This document shows, piece by piece, positions 9,799-17,028 of a stretch of DNA of 51,334 bases. Position numbers and translations under genes: made by a program. The DNA is taken from assembly GCA_033762115.1 (NCBI GenBank), contig JANRLX010000020.1, forward strand, positions 1 to 51,334, given 5' to 3'. The first letter of the stretch is position 1. The number at the start of each line of letters is the position of its first letter. Source of the stretch: Verrucomicrobiota bacterium. GTDB lineage: Bacteria; Verrucomicrobiota; Verrucomicrobiia; Limisphaerales; SXQI01. The notes below the pieces were generated by a model, which worked only from the letters and a program-made list of their open reading frames with translations, made no database searches and had not been told where the DNA came from.

Positions 9799-10506
9799 CT
9801 ACTTCGATTCAGCCACCTCAACGGTGAAATCAGCAGTTTTGGTCGCATTCTCAACCTTTACCTGCTGAGTCACTTTGCCACCTTTTCGATGATAGGCTTC
9901 CACGGTGTAATCACCGGGTGGAACATTCGCGATTTTGAAATTTCCATCCTTGTCGCTCACAGCGTAGAATGGATGCTCCAGCACACCGACATAAGCGAAC
10001 ATCCAGGGATGAACATCGCATTTGTACCGAACAAATATTTCAGGACTGGGGAAGGTAAATTCCAAATCCTTGCTCTTGGGCATCTGTGCCAGATTTTTTT
10101 CCTTATTTCCCGCAACTGTTGGGGTTGGATGCACGTTATGCAGCAAAGGGTCCGAATTCCGGACCAGCAATTTCTGGTTCGTTTGAAGCCCCATTACATA
10201 AGGCAGGTATTCGCAATTTTTTTGGTCAAGCAACGCGGCTTCTGTTGGAACTTCAAAGGTTTTGCCTGTCAGGCCATCCTTGATGTAAACAAAAACATCC
10301 GCCAGGCCGTTGTTTTCGCCCGTCACATAAAACCGGGTTTTTGGCTTGGTGGTGTGCAATTTACCGCAATTCGGATCCAGAGGCAGTTCTTTTTCGGGAG
10401 GTGGGGTTCCTTTAAGAGTCACTTTTCCGATAATGTCAGCAGCGGAAGCCAACTGCACCGTAGCTGCCAGAGCAGCCATTATTCCCAGAGAGCGTTTCAG
10501 GTTCAT
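9799..10506 (-). CDS. Secreted cupredoxin-like protein with carboxypeptidase-regulatory-like beta domain
   Basis: Signal peptide; LDQKNCEY, NSDPLLHNVH, CDVHPWM; C-terminal DGNFKIANVPPGDYTVEAYH. Confidence 0.8.
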   Translation of the reverse strand: MNLKRSLGIMAALAATVQLASAADIIGKVTLKGTPPPEKELPLDPNCGKLHTTKPKTRFYVTGENNGLADVFVYIKDGLTGKTFEVPTEAALLDQKNCEYLPYVMGLQTNQKLLVRNSDPLLHNVHPTPTVAGNKEKNLAQMPKSKDLEFTFPSPEIFVRYKCDVHPWMFAYVGVLEHPFYAVSDKDGNFKIANVPPGDYTVEAYHRKGGKVTQQVKVENATKTADFTVEVAESK

Positions 10507-10579
10507 AAATAGGACTTCAAGTTCACAATCTCAGTAGGTTCGAAAAACTATCACCCGATAATTTTGGCCGCAAGATCAA

Positions 10580-10597
10580 TTGTGAAATATTTCACAA
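10580..10597. promoter_or_regulatory. Perfect 18-bp palindromic operator (Rex-type; also fits CRP)
   Basis: TTGTGAAATATTTCACAA matches Rex TTGTGAA-N4-TTCACAA; 74 bp upstream of the first gene of the oxidase cluster. Confidence 0.75.
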
Positions 10598-10640
10598 GCT
10601 ATCTATTGGACGCCCCGGACACGAACTTATTCGCAGAATA

Positions 10641-10677
10641 AAAACAAAAAAAAGGAGAGTCGTCTGAACGCTCTCCC
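10641..10677 (-). terminator. Intrinsic terminator of the beta-barrel gene
   Basis: Minus strand GGAGAGCGTTCAGACGACTCTCC followed by TTTTTTTTGTTTT. Confidence 0.75.
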
Positions 10678-10707
10678 TGCAACAACAGCCTGCCTTGGCT
10701 GTGTTCG

Positions 10708-11217
10708 TCAGATATTAAATCCGATTCCTACGGTGAAAACGAAATTTCCATCCTTGAACTGGTTATCAATGTCCCTGGCTTCCTCAAAGAAGAATTGATA
10801 CTCAGCACCGGTGAAAATGAAGGTTTTCTCCAGTACGTACCATTTGACACCTGCTTCCGGGCCTGCTGCAAAACGGTCTTCAAAGTCATCTCCATAAAGA
10901 TAGCCGATATTCGCTCCAAGGTAAGGAACGATGTTGCCGAGCTGGAAATTATAATCCACAGCGCCACGGGTGTTCCCACTCCATCGGTCTCCCTGGCTGC
11001 TGAATCCAATTCCTTGACGCAAAGAGACTTCCCAATTGTCAGTTAGATAATAACCGAGACTTCCATCCAATGAAAAAGCACCTCGATCAAAATCATTGTC
11101 TGAGTTGCCAGACCCGCCGAGAGTGACTTCCCACTCTCCGGCTGCGGGTTGAGCCCATGCTGAAGCGGTTAAAAAACTCACTCCAAGCAAGCAAACTGTT
11201 TTTTTTGCAATAGTCAT
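10708..11217 (-). CDS. Small outer-membrane beta-barrel protein
   Basis: Signal peptide (ASAWA-Q), alternating aromatic beta strands, C-terminal TVGIGFNI. Confidence 0.85.
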   Translation of the reverse strand: MTIAKKTVCLLGVSFLTASAWAQPAAGEWEVTLGGSGNSDNDFDRGAFSLDGSLGYYLTDNWEVSLRQGIGFSSQGDRWSGNTRGAVDYNFQLGNIVPYLGANIGYLYGDDFEDRFAAGPEAGVKWYVLEKTFIFTGAEYQFFFEEARDIDNQFKDGNFVFTVGIGFNI

Positions 11218-11309
11218 ATTCCTCCTGTGTTTGAATTGCGATGCAACCTAGTCCAAGGAGTCAAAACAACCATATCAGGGCAAACCCGAAATATACCTTC
11301 AGGGAAGAA

Positions 11310-12410
11310 TCAGATATTATCGGCAATGACCGGGGGCAAATCGTATTTGACTGGCATTTCCTGCCCCATCGGCATCCCCTCTCGGGCCAGAAGTCGATAC
11401 TGTTTGATTTGAAATGAAACCTGCCTGCCATCTTCCAGTCCAAGACGGGAGTAATCCTCTTTTGTGATTCGAGCTCGAACGGTTAACCCTGACGGCAACT
11501 CCAGTTCAAGCCGCAGCATGACTCCCAGGAAATAGGTGCGCCGGAGCATGGCATTATATCGGTATTGCTGCAGATCATTGGAAACCTGCACCGCATATGG
11601 ACGAAACCCAATGCGGGCCGGACCATCTGGAACATTGCTCATCGGGAACTCAAGTCCTCCCGTTCGCCCTGTTCCATTCTGGACCTCCAGTTCAAGAACA
11701 TTCATTACACCGATAAAGCGGGCCACAAATTCATTGTTCGGGTGCTCGTAAACTTCCTGAGGCGATCCGATCTGCTCCAATTTACCCCGCCCAATAATCA
11801 CGATTCGATCTGCCACCTCCATCGCTTCCTCCTGGTCGTGGGTGACGAAAAGAGTGGTGACATTCAGATCGTGGTGCAACCGCACCAGCCATTCGCGCAA
11901 TTCCTGGCGGATTTTCGCATCAACAGCCCCGAAAGGTTCATCCAATAGCAAGACGCCTGGTTTGGGAGCAAGGGCCCGGGCAATGGCCACCCGTTGCCGT
12001 TGCCCCCCTGAGAGCTGGTGTGGGTAACGTTTTTCCAATCCTTTAAGTTCCAATAGTTCTACCAGTTCGGAAACCCGTTGCTCAATTTCATGCCGGGGCC
12101 ACTTTTTGATTTTCAACCCAAAAGCGATGTTCTTATAAACGCTCATGGTTTTGAACAACGCATAGTTTTGAAAAACAAAGCCGATGTTTCGTTGCTGAAC
12201 AGAAAGGTCATTGACCCTTTTGCCCTGGATTCGAATCTCGCCACTCGTCGGCATCTCGAGCCCGGCAATCATTCGCAACACGGTTGTTTTTCCCCCACCG
12301 CTCGGCCCCAATAAAGCAATCAATTCTCCTTCCTTGACGCTGAAGGAAACATTGTCCACAGCTTTCACGTCCCCGAAGAGCTTTCCAATATTTGAGAGTT
12401 CTATGCTCAT
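11310..12410 (-). CDS. cysA: Sulfate/thiosulfate ABC transporter ATPase
   Basis: GPSGGGKT, FVFQNYALF, LSGGQRQRVA, LLLDEPFGA, VTHDQEEA, C-terminal TOBE-like region; follows cysTW. Confidence 0.92.
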   Translation of the reverse strand: MSIELSNIGKLFGDVKAVDNVSFSVKEGELIALLGPSGGGKTTVLRMIAGLEMPTSGEIRIQGKRVNDLSVQQRNIGFVFQNYALFKTMSVYKNIAFGLKIKKWPRHEIEQRVSELVELLELKGLEKRYPHQLSGGQRQRVAIARALAPKPGVLLLDEPFGAVDAKIRQELREWLVRLHHDLNVTTLFVTHDQEEAMEVADRIVIIGRGKLEQIGSPQEVYEHPNNEFVARFIGVMNVLELEVQNGTGRTGGLEFPMSNVPDGPARIGFRPYAVQVSNDLQQYRYNAMLRRTYFLGVMLRLELELPSGLTVRARITKEDYSRLGLEDGRQVSFQIKQYRLLAREGMPMGQEMPVKYDLPPVIADNI

Positions 12411-12426
12411 CTAATCGAGTGAAGAA

Positions 12427-13311
12427 TCAGGTGGTGCTTGATTGAGCGGCTGCATGGGCACGTTCAGTCCTCCATTCCATCCATGTTTTAATCAGCAATG
12501 TCAGCAATGCGAGAATCGCCAGCAAACTTGCCACGGCGAAAGCTGCCACTCCTGAGGCCGTGCTCGCCCCATGATAAAGTTTTTCAACACGCAGAGGAAT
12601 CGTGTCGGTCATTCCTGTAATATGACCGGAGACAACGGAAACCGCTCCGAATTCTCCCATGGCTCGTGCATTGCAGAGAATCACGCCATAGAGCAACCCC
12701 CATTTGACGGAAGGAAGGGTGACATACCAGAAAGTTTGCCAGCCGGAAGCCCCAAGTGTAAGGGCCGCCTGTTCCTGCTCTGTCCCGGTGGCCTGCATGA
12801 CCGGGATCAGTTCGCGCGCTACAAAAGGAAACGTCACAAAAAGTGTGGCGAGTACAATCCCCGGAACGGCAAAGATGATGGTGATATCGCGTTGATCAAG
12901 CCATTCACCGAAATAGCCACTTCTTCCAAATAACACGACAAACATCAATCCTGCGACCACCGGCGAAACGGCAAATGGAAGATCGATCAAGGTAATCAGG
13001 AATGGCTTGCCGGGAAAATTGAATTTGGCAATTGCCCAGGAAGCTGCCACCCCAAAGACCAGGTTTAACGGAACTGTGATCACTGCCACCAGCAAGGTTA
13101 ACTTAATCGCCGCAAGAGTGTCAGGATCAGAAAGGGATTCGATATAAAACTTAAATCCATTTCTGAATGCCTGGGCAAAAACATTGATTAACGGCAGCAG
13201 CAGAAAAAGAGTGACGAAAGTAAGCGCGATTCCCGTAAGGATCCACTTGGTCAGGGTTCCCTCCTCGCTGCCACGTTGCGATTTTTTTCGATTCTGCTTT
13301 TTTCCGGTCAT
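12427..13311 (-). CDS. cysW: Sulfate ABC transporter permease CysW
   Basis: DLPFAVSPVVAG, PFVARELIP, EQAALTLGA, NARAMGEFGAVSVVSG. Start placed at ATG 13311 next to the cysT stop. Confidence 0.93.
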   Translation of the reverse strand: MTGKKQNRKKSQRGSEEGTLTKWILTGIALTFVTLFLLLPLINVFAQAFRNGFKFYIESLSDPDTLAAIKLTLLVAVITVPLNLVFGVAASWAIAKFNFPGKPFLITLIDLPFAVSPVVAGLMFVVLFGRSGYFGEWLDQRDITIIFAVPGIVLATLFVTFPFVARELIPVMQATGTEQEQAALTLGASGWQTFWYVTLPSVKWGLLYGVILCNARAMGEFGAVSVVSGHITGMTDTIPLRVEKLYHGASTASGVAAFAVASLLAILALLTLLIKTWMEWRTERAHAAAQSSTT

Positions 13312-13312
13312 A

Positions 13313-14137
13313 TCAGCTATGGAATCGGCTGGCCCATCGTTCAAGCAGGTTGATAGTGATTAAAAGGCAGAACGAAATCACCAGCAGAACGACTGCAATA
13401 GCCATTGCCGAACTATACTCATATTGCTCAAGCAATGTGATGATCACTAGCGGCGTGATCTCGGTCTGATACTGGATGTTGCTCGAAATAAAAATGACCG
13501 AGCCGTACTCTCCCACCGCTCGGGCAAAGGACAGGGCAAATCCAGTAATGATTGTCGGAAATAGCATGGGAATGATAATACTGATTACAGTTCTTAACCT
13601 TCCTGCTCCCAAAGTCGCGGCTGCCTCCTCAATCTCCCGTTCCAAACCCTCCATCACAGGTTGCAATGTGCGCACAACGAATGGGAGACTGATGAATGTC
13701 AGTGCAATAATAACCCCCAGTTTGCTGTAGGCGCCCTTGATTCCCATCGGTGCCAGCCATGAGCCCAGCCAACCGTTCGGCACAAAGAGATTTGACAAGG
13801 TCAATCCTGCAACGGCAGTGGGAAGGGCGAAGGGGATATCCACCAGGGCATCCACCAGCCGTTTCCCTGGAAAATCGTACCGCACCAACACCCAGCAAAG
13901 CAAGCTGCCGAACAATGCATTGATGCAGGCGGCGCAAAACGAGGCTCCAAAAGTCAGGCGATAAGCCGCCACCGCCCTGGGGCTGCTTGCGCTCTTCCAG
14001 AATTCATCCCAGCTCAAATCAAACGTTTTTAACGTGAGCGCCCCGATCGGCAAGAGCACAATTAACGTCAGATAAAGCAGCGTAAATCCCAATGTGAGAT
14101 TGAAACCGGGCAGTGCGTTGTAACGTTTTCCGATCAC
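13313..14137 (-). CDS. cysT: Sulfate ABC transporter permease CysT
   Basis: LPGFNLTLG, DIPFALPTAVAG, PFVVRTLQP, EEAAATLGA, FARAVGEYGSVIFI. Start uncertain (GTG 14137 or TTG 14158). Confidence 0.93.
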   Translation of the reverse strand: MIGKRYNALPGFNLTLGFTLLYLTLIVLLPIGALTLKTFDLSWDEFWKSASSPRAVAAYRLTFGASFCAACINALFGSLLCWVLVRYDFPGKRLVDALVDIPFALPTAVAGLTLSNLFVPNGWLGSWLAPMGIKGAYSKLGVIIALTFISLPFVVRTLQPVMEGLEREIEEAAATLGAGRLRTVISIIIPMLFPTIITGFALSFARAVGEYGSVIFISSNIQYQTEITPLVIITLLEQYEYSSAMAIAVVLLVISFCLLITINLLERWASRFHS

Positions 14138-14141
14138 GGTT

Positions 14142-14927
14142 TTAAAGATCAGCCGCAAATGAAAGGAATTTACGGTATTCGGTTAAAACCGTTTCCATCG
14201 CAATAACCATGGCTTCTGCCTGCAGTTGTAAAGCTGAAGTCTGTGGTGTTTCGAAAATAATTTCAAAAGGCGACGGCTCAATTTTGGGTGGTGCAGTCAG
14301 GATACCATTGAAGCATTGTGTGATAATCCCTTCGTGAGCCTCGAAACCATCAATCACCGGGCGTACGTCCCGCTTCAGTACCTGCTCTGCTGCCGCTAAT
14401 GCGGGCTCAAGCAGGGAACGTGTTAATACCGCTCCCCGGACGTAACCATAAATACCCTCGCAATCGATATCAGCGTGAAGCGAGATGAGGCCATGGAATT
14501 GACGGGTTGTAATTTCATTCTCCAGCGCCTGAATCACCGGTTCAGTGGAGTTATTCCAGAACTCACGGTTCAGATCGCTTCCGCTTTTGGAATAGCGACT
14601 GGTGTTATCCACACCCCAGGGGTTGCACACGGGGTAGAGAAACAGTTCATACCCGGTAAGCAGCAAAGGCTTTTTGATTAGGCGCTGGACTAATTGGTGG
14701 ATCGCCAGGGGTCCCGCTGTTTCATCGCCATGAATTCCGGCAAATATGCCGATTCGAATCCGATCTCCCCCTCCAGCTGCACCTTTCATCCGAAAGCGCA
14801 ACAATTGCTCATCGCTTCCAAATTCTGTCAGGCTGATGGAATGTTTGGTTAGAATCTTCTGGCCGAGCAACTGTTGCTGCTCAATCAGCTGATCGAATGT
14901 CTCGGTAAATTTTTCAGTATTGCTCAT
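14142..14927 (-). CDS. M14-family Zn metallocarboxypeptidase (MpaA / succinylglutamate desuccinylase-like)
   Basis: AGIHGDE (HxxE), NPWG, R...DLNREF, SLHAD, FETP. Start placed at ATG 14927; the ORF is open to 15071. Confidence 0.85.
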   Translation of the reverse strand: MSNTEKFTETFDQLIEQQQLLGQKILTKHSISLTEFGSDEQLLRFRMKGAAGGGDRIRIGIFAGIHGDETAGPLAIHQLVQRLIKKPLLLTGYELFLYPVCNPWGVDNTSRYSKSGSDLNREFWNNSTEPVIQALENEITTRQFHGLISLHADIDCEGIYGYVRGAVLTRSLLEPALAAAEQVLKRDVRPVIDGFEAHEGIITQCFNGILTAPPKIEPSPFEIIFETPQTSALQLQAEAMVIAMETVLTEYRKFLSFAADL

Positions 14928-15012
14928 CTGCTGCCAGTGCGGAAGCACCTGAAGATTTTGCTGGTTGGATCCCTTTCTTGAAAGCGAAGATGACATTCTA
15001 GTTTTTGTAGAT

Positions 15013-15300
15013 TTAATCCAATGCTCCACCTGTGGCAAAATGGAGTTTCTGCGCCTTAGACCAGCTGCCAAACTGCTCTTCTGTCTTCAGCAGTTTCGAC
15101 TTTCCAAATTTTGAGGAATGTTTCTGCGCAATCACTTCACAGGAAACGCCAAAAGAAACATTCAAAATTTTGAATTCAGCGGCGGCGGCGGCAATGACCA
15201 ACCAATTAAAACCAAGGAAAAGGAAAGAGGAGAGAAGCGCTCGATATCGAGACACTGCTCCGAAGCAATTATTAAATGATAGGTTTTTGTCGATCATCAA
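15013..15300 (-). pseudogene. Internally deleted, degenerate sulfate-binding protein (Sbp/CysP) remnant
   Basis: 95 aa: signal-like segment, then KILNVSFGVSCE (cf. Sbp N-terminal LLNVSYDxTRE) joined almost directly to KLLKTEEQFGSWSKAQKLHFATGGALD (cf. Sbp C-terminal LFTxDEVFGGWxKAQKxHFxxGGxFD). Confidence 0.7.
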
Positions 15301-15321
15301 TCACATCAGGCACATACCTGA

Positions 15322-15348
15322 TTAACTCTAGGATAGTTATAGACTTTA
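15322..15348. promoter_or_regulatory. Putative Rrf2 operator (imperfect inverted repeat) between the divergent sulfate operon and regulator
   Basis: TTAACTCTA-ggatagtta-TAGACTTTA, 7 of 9 positions complementary. Confidence 0.55.
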
Positions 15349-15411
15349 AACGACCAGGGTTCTTGTCAAGGCAAATCTTGACTGAACAACTGGAGTTTGT
15401 ACCTTGCTGTC

Positions 15412-15873
15412 ATGAAACTCTCCCTTAGAGGTGAGTATGCGCTGCGGGCGCTCATTGTTCTTGGACTTAATTATGAGCAGGATGTGGTTCGTATTCAGAC
15501 TATTTCAGAGCAGCAGAATATTCCCAAGCGATTTCTGGAACAGATTCTGAATGATTTACGCTCCGCTGGAATTCTGGAGAGTAAGCGGGGTATCGCTGGT
15601 GGTTATCGATTAAAACAATCCCCTGATCAAATAACCCTCGCATCTGTCATTCGATATATTGAAGGCCCACTCGCTCCGGTGAGTTGCGTCAGTGAAAATT
15701 TTTATGAACGGTGCAGCTGTCCGGATGAGGAGCGGTGCGCTATCCGAAGTATTATGAAGGAAGTGCGTGAGGCGATTGTGCGTATTCTGGAAGGAGTTAC
15801 CTTGTCGGTTCTTTGCGATCGGGTCCGCACATTGCAGGGTGTTCATTCAAACCCTCTGGACTACGTCATTTGA
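15412..15873 (+). CDS. Rrf2 family transcriptional regulator (CymR/IscR-like)
   Basis: MKLSLRGEYALRAL, IPKRFLEQIL, SKRGIAGGYRL, EGPLAPVSC..CSC....C; divergent from the cys operon. Confidence 0.93.
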   Translation: MKLSLRGEYALRALIVLGLNYEQDVVRIQTISEQQNIPKRFLEQILNDLRSAGILESKRGIAGGYRLKQSPDQITLASVIRYIEGPLAPVSCVSENFYERCSCPDEERCAIRSIMKEVREAIVRILEGVTLSVLCDRVRTLQGVHSNPLDYVI

Positions 15874-15981
15874 TCCAAAAACTGCTAAATTCCTTGCCTA
15901 TTCCAATGAATTGCCCTTAAAGATGGGGTTCATTAGCCGGAACACACGGGAGCCTCTTGTCTGCTGACTGAATTTCCTCGA

Positions 15982-17019
15982 ATGAAGAACAAAGTGAATC
16001 GTAAAGGATTGCTGGCGGGTGGCAATTGGATCATCGATCAGGTTAAAATGGTCGATGTTTATCCAAAAATGGAGCAACTCGCCAATATTCGCAGCCAGGC
16101 CCAGGGGACAGGCGGAGCGCCTTACAACGTGGCGATTGATCTGGCGAAACTGGGTGCCACCTTTCCAATATTCGCAGCAGGGTTCGTTGGAAAGGACGCT
16201 TTAGGTCAGGCCATTCTTGATGATTGCGAGGCACATAAGATTGATACCAAATATCTTACTGCTTCAAAGGCGGCGCCAACCTCTTACACCGACGTCATGA
16301 CGGAGATTGGAAATGGTCGTCGCACTTTTTTCCATAATCGAGGTGCCAACGCTCTTTGGTCAGGTGAAGATTTAAATTTCGAGCGCATTAAGGCGAAAAT
16401 TTTCCATCTCGGTTATTTGCTGCTTCTCGATGCGCTTGATGCTCCGGATAAATTATTCGGAACCCGCGCCGCACGTCTCCTGGCGCAAGCCCAGGATGCG
16501 GGAATGAAAACAAGTGTGGATGTGGTGAGCGAGGATAGTGATCGATTTTCGAAGGTTGTCACTCCTGCCCTGAAGTATGTTGATTACTGTATTCTCAACG
16601 AAATCGAGGCTGGAAAAACTGCCGGATTCAAAATCCGCCAGGCGGATAATAAACTTGATACGGTTTCATTAAAGCATGCCGCGGGGGCTTTGCTCCAAAG
16701 TGGGGTGAGGGACCTGGTGGTGATTCATTTTCCTGAGGGCGCATTTGCCCGCACCCGCAAGGGGGAGGATTTTTGGCAGTCCTCCTTGAATCTTCCGGCA
16801 AAATATGTGGCAGGCACGGCAGGCGCAGGGGATGCATTTTGCGCGGGAGTTCTTTATGGATTGCATGAAGAGTGGGAGATTCAAAAATGTCTGCTGACAG
16901 GTGTGTGCGTTGCTGCCGCATCGCTTTCACATCCAACCTGCAGCGGGGGCGTGAGGTCCTTGACCGAAGCCCTGGCACTTTCGAAAAAGTATCGCCCAAG
17001 ACCGAACCCGGAAGTGTGA
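15982..17019 (+). CDS. PfkB family carbohydrate kinase
   Basis: GGAPYNVA, VGKDALG, NEIEA, GTAGAGDAFCAG. Confidence 0.92.
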   Translation: MKNKVNRKGLLAGGNWIIDQVKMVDVYPKMEQLANIRSQAQGTGGAPYNVAIDLAKLGATFPIFAAGFVGKDALGQAILDDCEAHKIDTKYLTASKAAPTSYTDVMTEIGNGRRTFFHNRGANALWSGEDLNFERIKAKIFHLGYLLLLDALDAPDKLFGTRAARLLAQAQDAGMKTSVDVVSEDSDRFSKVVTPALKYVDYCILNEIEAGKTAGFKIRQADNKLDTVSLKHAAGALLQSGVRDLVVIHFPEGAFARTRKGEDFWQSSLNLPAKYVAGTAGAGDAFCAGVLYGLHEEWEIQKCLLTGVCVAAASLSHPTCSGGVRSLTEALALSKKYRPRPNPEV

Positions 17020-17028
17020 TCCAGCGCG

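Noticed and set aside
9292..10512. 406-aa plus-strand ORF
   Set aside because: Antisense to ctaA and the cupredoxin gene, no recognisable motifs; shadow ORF.
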